A stretch of 39,235 nt of DNA from Candidatus Mediterraneibacter stercorigallinarum (GTDB taxonomy: Bacteria > Bacillota > Clostridia > Lachnospirales > Lachnospiraceae), in NCBI GenBank assembly GCA_019116185.1, contig DXCD01000261.1, forward strand, positions 1 through 39,235. The letters run 5' to 3'. This document shows, piece after piece, positions 25,995 to 35,139 of this stretch; the first letter of the stretch is position 1; each line of letters starts with the position of its first letter. The translations under genes were made by a program, and so were the position numbers. A model generated the notes under the pieces. The model was not told the origin of the DNA. It saw only the letters and a program-made list of their open reading frames with translations, and did no database searches.

Positions 25995-28399
25995 GAGGAA
26001 ACAGAACGCACCGGGAAAAGATGCGCGGCGGAAAGCGCGGAAGGTATGGGATGAAGAGTTATCTGGATCTTGTCCGCATATCCGCAAAGATCCGCAGGAA
26101 GCAGAGCAGGATGACAAGGCTGTGCATTGTCCTGGCAGTCTTTCTTGTGGCAGCGATATTCAGTATGGCAGATATGGAGATCCAGAGCCAGATCTATCAG
26201 GTGATCCAGTCGAACGGGTCGTGGCACGCGGCGTTCCAAGGCATTGACGGGCAGCAGGAGAAGCTGATCCGGGCGCGCGCGGAAGCGGAGAATGCGGCGT
26301 CCTATACGATGGTCAGTGATGGGACGGAAGGCGATTATTTGATAGAAGGAACGAGCGCGGCTGTCATGGGGATGGACGAAAATCTGACAGAGATGATGCC
26401 GGCCGTACGATTTCAGGAAGGCGGATTTCCCGACAGTGCGGATGAGGCGGCGGTGACAGAAAGTGTCCGCGGGCAGCTCGGGCTCGAAATCGGTGACACT
26501 GTGCACCTGACATCATCCGCGGGAGAAGAACTGTCTCTTACCGTTGCAGGCGTTCTTGAGGATGATTCCGTTATGGGCGGGGAGAATGCCTTTGGACTTT
26601 TGATAAACAGCAAGGCTGTTGATAAATATTTCTCAAATACCGTGGAATCAGGGGATGTCACTCTTCTGGTCCAGTTTCACCGATTTTGCAATATCCAAAA
26701 GACGCTGGATGATATCTGCGGGGAGCTGGGGATCGATCCGGCGCTGGTCGGGACGAATGCCAGGCTGCTGGCGCTTCAGTTCCAGAGCAATGATTCCGGT
26801 ATCACAGGGCTTTACAGCGTGGCAGCAGTCCTTGCAGTTCTGGTCACGGTGGCGGGAGTCCTGATGATTTCCAGCAGCATGAACAGCAGTGTGGCGCGGC
26901 GCACCCAGTTTTTCGGAATGATGCGGTGCCTGGGCGCAGACCAGAGGCAGGTCAGGCGGCTCGTCCGCAGCGAGGCTCTGAACTGGTGCAGGACCGCGAT
27001 TCCCATAGGGCTGGGAATGAGCGTGCTGGTAGTGTGGGCGCTCTGCGCCATGCTGCGGGCAATCAGCCCCACGTATTTTAACGGTCTGCCGGTATTCGGG
27101 GTGAGCTGGCCCGGGCTGGCTGCGGGAGTCCTGGTGGGGCTGGTCACGGTTCTGCTGGCAGCACGGTCTCCGGCCAAGAGAGCGGCGAAAGTGTCGCCCT
27201 TGACCGCTGTATCGGAAAACGCAGGCAGCGCCCGTCAGGTTCGCGGAGCAGTGCACACCCGGCTTTTCCATATCGAGACCGCGCTTGGAATCCATCATGC
27301 GGCGGGCAGCAGGAAGAATTTCCTTCTCATGGCAGGTTCGTTTGCGTTCAGTATTATCCTGTTTTTGAGTTTCAGCCCGGCGGTGGATTTTATGAATCAT
27401 GCAATCAAGCCTCTGAGGCCTTCAGCGCCGGACTTGTCTGTTGTCAGCCAGGATAATACCTGTTCCATTCCCCGGGAACTTGCAGAAGAACTTAGGGATA
27501 ATCCGGTGATAAAGAAAGTCTACGGAAGAAGCTTCGCCTGTGCGGTCCCTGCCAGAGCAGGCGGAGAAGAAATCCAGATCGATCTGGTCTCCTATGAGGA
27601 AAACCAGTTCCGGTGGGCGGAAGATGCCGCGGCGCAGGGCTCTCTTGCAGATGCAGAGGCGGGGAAAGGCGTGATGGCAGTGAAGATGAATGCGGCGCGG
27701 GAATTCTCTGTGGGAGAAGAGATTGAGATCGATTTCACGTCCGGGACAAAGACAGTGAATGTGTCAGGCGTGCTTAATGAGAGTGTATTTCATGTATCTG
27801 ACGGCTCTACCGTCCTGATTTGTTCGGAAGAACTTTTCAGGGAACTGACAGGGCAGACGGATTACACGGTCATTGACGTGCAGTTTCAGCGGGGCGTGAC
27901 AGACCGGGATGTGGAAAAGATCCGCGCTTTGGCAGGAGACTCATTCACTGTGGAGGATAACCGGGAGGACAACAGCGAGGTGCGGGGCGCGTATTATTCT
28001 TTTGCCCTGTTTCTCTATGGATTCCTGGCGGTGATCACTTTGATCTCGGTCTTCAATATTATCAACAGCATTTCCATGAGTGTATCCGCCAGAATCCAGC
28101 AGTATGGCGCCATGCGCGCGATCGGGATGAGCAGCTCCCAGCTCCTGCGGATGATCGCGGCAGAGGCGGTGACTTATGTTGTATGGGGGATGATCGCGGG
28201 CTGCGCGGCAGGGCTTCTGCTGAACTGGAAAATATTCGGCCTGCTAGTGACGGACCGGTGGGGCGATCCCTGGTATGTGCCCGTATCTGCAATCGCAGTG
28301 ATCCTGGCTGTAATGACAGCAGCTGCTGTGGCGGCAGTAAAGATACCTGCCAGGCAGATCCGTGAGATGTCGGTGGCAGATACGATCAGCGCGATGTAA
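25991..28399 (+). CDS. ABC permease, duplicated FtsX/MacB fold (about 8 TM, two extracellular domains)
   Basis: Two FtsX signatures (SVARRTQFFGMMRCLGA and SVSARIQQYGAMRAIGM). An alternative start at ATG 26051 (MKSYLDL) is plausible. Confidence 0.9.
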   Translation: MRGNRTHREKMRGGKRGRYGMKSYLDLVRISAKIRRKQSRMTRLCIVLAVFLVAAIFSMADMEIQSQIYQVIQSNGSWHAAFQGIDGQQEKLIRARAEAENAASYTMVSDGTEGDYLIEGTSAAVMGMDENLTEMMPAVRFQEGGFPDSADEAAVTESVRGQLGLEIGDTVHLTSSAGEELSLTVAGVLEDDSVMGGENAFGLLINSKAVDKYFSNTVESGDVTLLVQFHRFCNIQKTLDDICGELGIDPALVGTNARLLALQFQSNDSGITGLYSVAAVLAVLVTVAGVLMISSSMNSSVARRTQFFGMMRCLGADQRQVRRLVRSEALNWCRTAIPIGLGMSVLVVWALCAMLRAISPTYFNGLPVFGVSWPGLAAGVLVGLVTVLLAARSPAKRAAKVSPLTAVSENAGSARQVRGAVHTRLFHIETALGIHHAAGSRKNFLLMAGSFAFSIILFLSFSPAVDFMNHAIKPLRPSAPDLSVVSQDNTCSIPRELAEELRDNPVIKKVYGRSFACAVPARAGGEEIQIDLVSYEENQFRWAEDAAAQGSLADAEAGKGVMAVKMNAAREFSVGEEIEIDFTSGTKTVNVSGVLNESVFHVSDGSTVLICSEELFRELTGQTDYTVIDVQFQRGVTDRDVEKIRALAGDSFTVEDNREDNSEVRGAYYSFALFLYGFLAVITLISVFNIINSISMSVSARIQQYGAMRAIGMSSSQLLRMIAAEAVTYVVWGMIAGCAAGLLLNWKIFGLLVTDRWGDPWYVPVSAIAVILAVMTAAAVAAVKIPARQIREMSVADTISAM

Positions 28400-28450
28400 A
28401 AAGATAAATGTGAAAAGGCAGGATCTATTTCAGAACTGTTTTTCATAAAG

Positions 28451-28502
28451 AAAAAGAAAGAGTGCCGCGGACGCATCCTTTTCAGATGCTTCAGCGGCAC
28501 TC
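28451..28502 (-). terminator. Terminator between the convergent permease and ferredoxin genes
   Basis: GAGTGCCGC / GCGGCACTC outer stem plus GCATC / GATGC inner stem. The A-run at 28451-28459 gives a U tract on the minus strand. Confidence 0.7.
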
Positions 28503-28537
28503 CTGTCTGCTTGTGATCACTTTGCGGTTTTATATGA

Positions 28538-28708
28538 TTACTCTGCTGAGATAGCACCTGTCGGACAGGCAGCTTCACAAGCTCCGCAGTCTACGCAGGC
28601 ATCAGCATCGATCTCGTATTTGCCGTCCCCTTCGGAGATAGCGCCTACTGGGCATTCGCCTTCGCAAGAACCACAGCTTACACATTCATCACTGATTACG
28701 TGTGCCAT
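28538..28708 (-). CDS. fdx: Clostridial-type 2x[4Fe-4S] ferredoxin, 56 aa; not in ORF track
   Basis: MAHVISDECVSCGSCEGECPVGAISEGDGKYEIDADACVDCGACEAACPTGAISAE, with two CxxCxxCxxxCP motifs and an AAGGAGG RBS. Confidence 0.96.
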   Translation of the reverse strand: MAHVISDECVSCGSCEGECPVGAISEGDGKYEIDADACVDCGACEAACPTGAISAE

Positions 28709-28764
28709 AGTATGTATCCTCCTTCTTTGGATTTCCGAAAAGGGATGTCCCTTTCGATACCCTT

Positions 28765-28793
28765 ATTTTAATACAAGAAAAGAGATTATACAA
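28765..28793 (-). promoter_or_regulatory. sigmaA promoter of ferredoxin
   Basis: Minus strand TTGTAT-17 nt-TAAAAT, followed by a 5'-UTR hairpin at 28736-28756. Confidence 0.7.
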
Positions 28794-29052
28794 GAGTTTA
28801 CAATGTTCTAAATTTAGCACATACAATGTTCTGTAATTTAAATATGATGTGAACAAAAGCGAACCGGCGCGTCAGAGGCCGGGGAGATGACGCCGGATAC
28901 CGGCTTGTCTCTGACAGTTGGTGAAAATTTAGGAAAAATTCACATTTTTCCGGCATGAATTGGTGTATGATAGAAAGATGATGCGGGTAATTTTACTTTG
29001 CATGGAAGAAATCAGCCATGCAGGGGAAGGTTAAATAATATGGAGGAAGAAA

Positions 29053-30315
29053 ATGAAAAAGAGATTTTTTGCCGCCGTGGCTCTGGCAGTTTGCACGGCT
29101 ATGGGAATATGCGCCTGCAGTTCAGGGGAGACGGATGATGTGTTTACGGGCGAAAAGACAGATACGCCGGAGTGGCAGTCAAAGCTGAATATGATTTCTC
29201 CTGCCGTTTACGGCACGGTTGATGACCTGAATCTGGAGCCGGGGACGTATATCTCGGTTATCGGAAAAATGGAGAACTCGCCTTACTGGGAACAGGTCAG
29301 GGCCGGGGTGCAGCAGGCGGCGGACGATATAAATGAGAAGCTGGGGTACAGCGGCGATGACAGGGTCAGAGTCCTTTTTAATGCTCCTGCTGACAGCGAA
29401 GATATTGATGAGCAGGTCAATATTCTTGATGAAGAGATGGCGCGTTATCCGGATGTGATCGCCATTGCAAGTATTGATGAAAATTCATCGGCAGTGCAGT
29501 TTGATCTTGCGATCGGAAACGGAATACCGATTGTTGCTTTTGACTCGGGGAACAGTTATCAGGGAATCCAGTGTACCTGCATGACGGATAATGCCGAGGC
29601 AGCGGCAGCGGGCGCGGAGAAGCTCTGTGAAGCGATCAGCGAAAGCGGAGAAGTGGCTCTTATTGTGCAGGATTCTGTATCCGGAAATGCAAGGGAGAGG
29701 GCCGAGTCCTTTCAGAATGAACTGACGGCGGACCATCCGGGAGTTTCAATTGTGGAGACGATCTATATGGATCAGCTTGACGAGCTGAAGCGGCAGGCAG
29801 CGGCAGAAGAGCAGGGAGTTACAACAGAGGAGCTGGCTGCATGGACAGAGGCGGCGTCCGGGCTGAATACAGATGCGGACAGTGAAGCAGGAGAGGAGTC
29901 AATATCAGAAGAAGCCAAGACAAGGCTGGAGGAAATCGATTCCAGAGCAGGGGCCATGAGTGATGAAGAGGCTGTGGCATATTATCTGTCAAAACACCCG
30001 GACCTGGAGGGATGTTTCGGGACAAACGCAGATGCAGTCATGCTCGGTCTGGAAGCACTCAGATATATGGAAAAGGCTGAGGACATCGCTTTAGTAGGAT
30101 TTGATACAGGCAGCGAGCAGGCTGAGGCGCTTGCAAACGGCGAGATCGACGGCCTGATCGTACAGAATCCCTTTGGAATGGGATATGCCACTGTTGTTGC
30201 AGCCGCGCGCACGGTGCTTGAGATCGGGAATGAAGCGGTGGTGGATACCGGTTACACATGGGTGGACCGGGAAAATATGGAAGATGGATCCGTACAGATG
30301 ATGATGTACGAGTAA
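29053..30315 (+). CDS. RbsB-type sugar-binding lipoprotein (periplasmic binding protein type I)
   Basis: Signal peptide with lipobox-like GICAC. PYWEQVRAG, GIPIVAFDS, TDNAEA, LVGFD and IVQNPFGMGY motifs. Confidence 0.9.
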   Translation: MKKRFFAAVALAVCTAMGICACSSGETDDVFTGEKTDTPEWQSKLNMISPAVYGTVDDLNLEPGTYISVIGKMENSPYWEQVRAGVQQAADDINEKLGYSGDDRVRVLFNAPADSEDIDEQVNILDEEMARYPDVIAIASIDENSSAVQFDLAIGNGIPIVAFDSGNSYQGIQCTCMTDNAEAAAAGAEKLCEAISESGEVALIVQDSVSGNARERAESFQNELTADHPGVSIVETIYMDQLDELKRQAAAEEQGVTTEELAAWTEAASGLNTDADSEAGEESISEEAKTRLEEIDSRAGAMSDEEAVAYYLSKHPDLEGCFGTNADAVMLGLEALRYMEKAEDIALVGFDTGSEQAEALANGEIDGLIVQNPFGMGYATVVAAARTVLEIGNEAVVDTGYTWVDRENMEDGSVQMMMYE

Positions 30316-30320
30316 TAACA

Positions 30321-30364
30321 AAAAGAAATGCTGTGGAACCTGCGGGAACCACAGCATTTCTTTT
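30321..30364. terminator. Bidirectional terminator
   Basis: Perfect 16-bp inverted repeat AAAAGAAATGCTGTGG / CCACAGCATTTCTTTT between convergent genes. Confidence 0.85.
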
Positions 30365-31769
30365 ATCCGACGCGGCTTAAGGAGAAGATGAACTCCGTTC
30401 CCACGCCTTCTGTGCTGATTACATTGATGTGTTCATTGTGTGCCTGGATGATCTCTTTTACAATGGACAGCCCGAGGCCAGTCCCCTTCTTGTCTTTCCC
30501 CCGGGAGAGATCAGACTTGTAAAAACGCTCCCAGATCTTGTTTTGCTCTTTCCTGGGAATGCCGATCCCCTGATCCTTTATAGAGATGAAGGCCTTGTCA
30601 TTTTTTAAGGTCACCTCGATAGTGACGGGAGAACCGTTTTCGCTGAATTTGATCGCATTGTCAATCAGGTTGTAAAGCACCTGCTGGATCTTGCGTTTGT
30701 CAGCATAGACCAGGATGGTGCCGGGCATCAGGAGCAGCTCGATGGAAATATGTTTTGGAGTGCATACTGCTTCAAAGGATTCTGCGGTGCTCTTGATAAC
30801 ATCCTGTATATCAAATTCTGCTTTAGAAAGGAGGAGCTCTTTTGTATCGAATTCATTCAGAGTCAGCAGATCGCGCGTGAGGTCTGTCAGACGTTCTGTT
30901 TCAAACAATATGATATTCAGATACTTGCCATACATTTCCGGCGGAATCGTGCCGTCGGCCATCGCCTCTACATATCCTTTGATGGAAGTGAGGGGAGAGC
31001 GGAAGTCATGGGAGACATTTGCCACGATTTTCTTCTGGTAATCATCCATATCCTTGAGCTGTGCCGCCATATAGTTCAGAGACGCGGAGAGATAGCCCAC
31101 CTCGTCATGGGTGGCCACGGGGATCTCATAGTCCAGATTCCCCAGCGCATACTGCTGCGCTGCCTCTGAAATCTTCTTGACCGGGCGGTATACGATAAAA
31201 TGGACGCCCAGAAGAAAGATAAAGGAAAGCAGATAGATCACGCCCAAGGAAATATAAACAGGATGCATGATGGAAGCGCATCTCTGCTCCACACTGGCTA
31301 CCGGGCTGTGGATCAGCAGGTATCCTTTTGTGTAAAAGCTCTGGGTTACAGGTGCCATTACGGTAATGACGTCCTCTTTAAAATAGCCGTGATAAGTGCC
31401 TGAGATATACTGGCTGCCGCCGATCTCCGCGGGGTTGAATTCTTCGATAGCCTCAGGCGCTGACGTATTTTCTATATTGGATGAAGTGATCATTGTTCCC
31501 GTGCTGTCAACAAACCACAGTGAAGCGTCCAGGTACAGACGCATTGCGGCAAGCTGAGCCTGTACCGCATAGAGCGAAGAATCGTCCGTAAAATACGAGG
31601 GAAGATAATCGCTTGCGATCAGGGTGGCTTCCCGGTACAGTGTCTCAGAGGTGTCCTCCATAAGCCGGTTTTCCACGAGCTGTGTCGTCAGCGTAGCGGT
31701 CGTGAACAGACACAAAAAGCCGAATATAATATAAAGTGCGATAAATTTCAGGTGAAGCATGCTTTTCAT
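30363..31769 (-). CDS. Sensor histidine kinase (2 TM, HAMP, HisKA, HATPase)
   Basis: NVSHDFRSPL, NLIDNAIKF, DQGIGI, ERFYK and GTGLGLSIVK motifs. Confidence 0.95.
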   Translation of the reverse strand: MKSMLHLKFIALYIIFGFLCLFTTATLTTQLVENRLMEDTSETLYREATLIASDYLPSYFTDDSSLYAVQAQLAAMRLYLDASLWFVDSTGTMITSSNIENTSAPEAIEEFNPAEIGGSQYISGTYHGYFKEDVITVMAPVTQSFYTKGYLLIHSPVASVEQRCASIMHPVYISLGVIYLLSFIFLLGVHFIVYRPVKKISEAAQQYALGNLDYEIPVATHDEVGYLSASLNYMAAQLKDMDDYQKKIVANVSHDFRSPLTSIKGYVEAMADGTIPPEMYGKYLNIILFETERLTDLTRDLLTLNEFDTKELLLSKAEFDIQDVIKSTAESFEAVCTPKHISIELLLMPGTILVYADKRKIQQVLYNLIDNAIKFSENGSPVTIEVTLKNDKAFISIKDQGIGIPRKEQNKIWERFYKSDLSRGKDKKGTGLGLSIVKEIIQAHNEHINVISTEGVGTEFIFSLSRVG

Positions 31770-31841
31770 GACAATATCCCCTTGTTACAATAATGAGCTG
31801 CGGGCGTCTTCCTGTGCAAAGGGACAATCCGCAGCCTGAAT

Positions 31842-32543
31842 TTATTTTGTCTCGAATTTGTATCCGATGCCCCACACTGTACTGAGACTCCAGTGCGGAT
31901 GGTCTTTAATCTTTTCGCGCAGACGCTTGATGTGGACGTCAACGGTCCTTGTGTCGCCGATGTACTCATAGCCCCAGATCCGGTCAAGGAGCTGTTCCCT
32001 TGTGAATACCTGGTTTGGGGAGGAGGCGAGGCAGTAGAGAAGTTCCAGCTCTTTCGGCGGCATTTCCACATGCTGGCCGTCGCACATTACGGAATAATTA
32101 GTCAGGTTAATAGAGATGCCTTCATACTCTACGCATTTTGCCTTTTCTCCACCGGCCTCCTCGCTTCGGGAAGGCTGATAGCGCCTTAAGACAGCGCGCA
32201 CCCGCGCGACCATCTCCTTGGAGTCAAAGGGCTTCATAATGTAATCGTCCGCGCCCAGCTCCAGGCCGAGCACCTTGTCAAATACTTCGCCTTTCGCCGA
32301 GAGCATGATGACAGGCGTAGAAGAATGCGCGCGGATCTCCCGGCACACCTGATAGCCGTCAATGCCCGGCAGCATCAGATCCAGCAGGACCAGATTAGGC
32401 TGATAGGTGTCAAATGCCGTCAGGGCGTCTTCCCCATTGTATACGATCTTTGTGTCAAAACACTCTTTTGTGAGATAGAGTGAGATAAGCTCAGCAATAT
32501 TTTCATCGTCATCCACGATGAGAATCTTCTGTTTTCCGACCAT
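31842..32543 (-). CDS. OmpR-family response regulator
   Basis: ILIVDDD, LLDLMLPGIDG, GADDYIMKPF, RTVDVHIKRLREK and TVWGIGYKFE motifs. Confidence 0.96.
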   Translation of the reverse strand: MVGKQKILIVDDDENIAELISLYLTKECFDTKIVYNGEDALTAFDTYQPNLVLLDLMLPGIDGYQVCREIRAHSSTPVIMLSAKGEVFDKVLGLELGADDYIMKPFDSKEMVARVRAVLRRYQPSRSEEAGGEKAKCVEYEGISINLTNYSVMCDGQHVEMPPKELELLYCLASSPNQVFTREQLLDRIWGYEYIGDTRTVDVHIKRLREKIKDHPHWSLSTVWGIGYKFETK

Positions 32544-32592
32544 TTTGGGTCCCTCCTTAATGTTATATTCAGAATATTCGGAATTTAGTGGC

Positions 32593-32612
32593 GAAAGGGG
32601 CCTGACCCTTTC
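32593..32612. repeat. REP-like palindrome related to 5088-5129
   Basis: GAAAGGGGCCTGACCCTTTC; its reverse complement GAAAGGGTCAGGCCCCTTTC matches the second copy upstream of spoIIAA. No U tract. Confidence 0.55.
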
Positions 32613-32620
32613 AGAAATTC

Positions 32621-34996
32621 CTATCCAAGTTCTACGATAGTGACTCCGGCATCGCCTTCTCCGAATTCGGCAAGCCGGTAGGATTTTACATGTTTCTGGC
32701 GCCTCAAGTATTCATGGATGCCTTTGCGCAGCGCGCCGGTTCCTTTCCCGTGCACCACGCGTACCGTGTTCAGGTGGGAGAGGAGGGCGTCGTCCAGATA
32801 TTTGTCCAGCTCTGAGACAGCTTCGTCCACTGTCCTGCCGAGAAGGTTGATCTCCGGGCTCACGGAAAGGGATTTGCCCATGGCGATCTTCCCTTTTGAC
32901 GTGCGGCTGAATTTCTTTGCCGTGTAAGGCGATGGCTCTTCGATGATCTCCAGGTCTGATATATTGACCTGGGAACGGAGGATGCCCATCTGGACCGTCA
33001 CATTGCCCCGTGAATCAGGGAGGGAGCTGACAGTGCCGGTAAGGTTCATGCTCAGCACCTTGACAGATTCGCCCAGTTTGAAATCAGAGGGCTTGTGATT
33101 TTTCTTAGGTTTCTGTGAACCCAGGGAAGAAGCGGAGGAAGTATCTTTGATCTTCTTTCTGAGGCGTTCCCTCTCTTTCTCCATCTCTGCCGCTGAAATA
33201 TTTTCTTTCCCGAATTTGTGGAAATTGCGGATCGTCTCGTCCGCTACTTCTTTTGCTTCCCGTAAGATGGCGTTCGCTTTCTCGTTCGCCTCCCGGATGA
33301 TGCGGTCTCTCTGTTCGTCCAGTTTCGCCTGACGCTGTGCAGCCTGCTCTTTGAGGCTCTCAGCTTCGCGGCGGTACGCGGCGATCTCTTCCCGCTCTTT
33401 CTCGATCGTGCGCCGGCTTGTCTCCAGGTCGCTCAACAGATCCTCAAAGGAAACGTCCTGTTCGCTCAGCCTTTGCTTTGCGTCATCAATGATATAGTCC
33501 GGAAGCCCGAGCTTGCTCGAAATGGCAAATGCGTTGCTCTTTCCGGGAATCCCGATGAGCAGCCGGTAGGTGGGACGCAGGCTTTCCACGTCGAACTCGC
33601 AGCAGGCATTTTCCACGCCGGGCGTTGAGAGCGCATATACTTTCAATTCACTGTAATGGGTGGTCGCCATGGTGCGGATGTTCCGTTTGTGCAGATGCGA
33701 AAGGATGGCAATGGCAAGCGCCGCGCCTTCCGTAGGATCTGTCCCTGCTCCCAGCTCATCGAAAAGGACGAGGGAGCGTTCATCTACTTTCTTTAAGAAC
33801 GATACGATGTTTGTCATATGGGACGAAAATGTACTTAAGCTCTGCTCAATACTCTGTTCATCCCCGATATCTGCATAAACCTGGTGGAATACGGCAAGCT
33901 CGGAGCGGTCGCCCGCAGGGATATGGAGCCCTGCCTGTCCCATCAGGGTAAAGAGCCCGACCGTCTTAAGGGAGACTGTCTTTCCGCCGGTATTGGGGCC
34001 GGTGATGATCAGGAGCGTAAAATCTTCCCCTAGGGAGACCGTGATCGGCACAACGCTCTTCTGATCCAACAGCGGATGCCTGCCTTCCCGGATGCGGATC
34101 CGCCCCTCTTCATTAAAGACAGGACGGCTGCCGCGCATGGAAAGCGCCAGGGCGCCTCTTGCAAAAATAAAATCCAGGTCCGTGAGAGCACGGTAGTCTG
34201 CCCGGATCTCCTCGATGTACTGAGCGGCCTCTTCGCTTAAGCGGGCAAGGATCGCCTGAATCTCCTCCTGCTCTTTCGCGTAGAGCTCTTTCAGGTCATT
34301 ATTCAGCTTTACCACTGCCATGGGCTCGATAAAGAGTGTGGAACCCGTGGAAGACTGGTCGTGGATCAGGCCCTGTACCTGTCCTCTGTACTCTGCCTTA
34401 ACGGGAATACAGTAGCGGTCCCCTCTCATGGTAATGATCGGATCCTGGAGATAAGTCCTCAGAGATCCGTTCACCAGGCCGGACAGAGTAGAATGTACTT
34501 TGTCATTGATGCTGCCAATACTCCGTCGGATGTGCTTCAGCGTGCTGCTGGCGTCATCACTGATCTCGTCCTCAGAGATGATGCAGCGCTCGATTTCCGA
34601 AGTGAGCGGAGTAAGAGGTTCCAGCTGGTCAAAATATGCATCCAGGCAGTCTGCCGAATCCTCCTGTGTGTCGTGCCGCCCGTAAGATTTTACCCGGGCG
34701 GTGTTCGCCAGGAGACGGCAGATGCGGAGCAGCTCAGAGATGCTTAAAGCGCCGCCGATCTCCAGCCGTTTCATGGATTCCTCCACAGGGGCCGCGTCGC
34801 CGAATGAGATCCGTCCTTTTCTGACGATGCGGGTAAACGCGGCTGCTGTCTGTTCCTGGAATGTATTGATCTTCTCCAGGTTCGTCATGGGCTTTAAACG
34901 GTGGCAAAGCTGCCGGCCGCGGAAAGACCCTGCTTCTTCCTCGAGAAGAGAAATGATCTTATCAAATTCAAGTTTAGCCAGTGTTTTCTGATTCAT
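32621..34996 (-). CDS. mutS2: Endonuclease MutS2 / ribosome-collision factor
   Basis: HDQSSTGSTLFIEP, ITGPNTGGKT, IGDEQSIEQSLSTFSSHM and DELGAGTDP motifs, a coiled coil, and a C-terminal Smr domain (HGKGTGALR). Confidence 0.97.
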   Translation of the reverse strand: MNQKTLAKLEFDKIISLLEEEAGSFRGRQLCHRLKPMTNLEKINTFQEQTAAAFTRIVRKGRISFGDAAPVEESMKRLEIGGALSISELLRICRLLANTARVKSYGRHDTQEDSADCLDAYFDQLEPLTPLTSEIERCIISEDEISDDASSTLKHIRRSIGSINDKVHSTLSGLVNGSLRTYLQDPIITMRGDRYCIPVKAEYRGQVQGLIHDQSSTGSTLFIEPMAVVKLNNDLKELYAKEQEEIQAILARLSEEAAQYIEEIRADYRALTDLDFIFARGALALSMRGSRPVFNEEGRIRIREGRHPLLDQKSVVPITVSLGEDFTLLIITGPNTGGKTVSLKTVGLFTLMGQAGLHIPAGDRSELAVFHQVYADIGDEQSIEQSLSTFSSHMTNIVSFLKKVDERSLVLFDELGAGTDPTEGAALAIAILSHLHKRNIRTMATTHYSELKVYALSTPGVENACCEFDVESLRPTYRLLIGIPGKSNAFAISSKLGLPDYIIDDAKQRLSEQDVSFEDLLSDLETSRRTIEKEREEIAAYRREAESLKEQAAQRQAKLDEQRDRIIREANEKANAILREAKEVADETIRNFHKFGKENISAAEMEKERERLRKKIKDTSSASSLGSQKPKKNHKPSDFKLGESVKVLSMNLTGTVSSLPDSRGNVTVQMGILRSQVNISDLEIIEEPSPYTAKKFSRTSKGKIAMGKSLSVSPEINLLGRTVDEAVSELDKYLDDALLSHLNTVRVVHGKGTGALRKGIHEYLRRQKHVKSYRLAEFGEGDAGVTIVELG

Positions 34997-35092
34997 GAAG
35001 TCACCTTGTGTTTCTGTTTATTTATGGCATGTCTGCGCATGTACACATTTTACTCCATTCCGGGGATAAAGAAAAGGCTTTTCCAAAAGGAA

Positions 35093-35121
35093 TTGAACAA
35101 TCCATAAGAATCAGTTATACT
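35093..35121 (+). promoter_or_regulatory. sigmaA promoter
   Basis: TTGAAC-17 nt-TATACT, followed by a GGAGG RBS at 35129-35133. Confidence 0.7.
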
Positions 35122-35139
35122 AAGATTCGGAGGAGAATG

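Noticed and set aside
28620-28811. 63-aa plus-strand ORF
   Set aside because: Shadow of the real minus-strand ferredoxin and its promoter.
28888-28901. Partial match (TGACGCCGG) to the Bacillus RacA-binding ram palindrome
   Set aside because: Only about 10 of 14 positions match the consensus as I recall it, it is not palindromic, and it is a single occurrence in GC-rich DNA.
30363-32543. Naming the two-component pair walRK or resDE
   Set aside because: The kinase lacks an obvious cytoplasmic PAS domain and no walH/I/J genes are adjacent, so the family cannot be fixed without a search.
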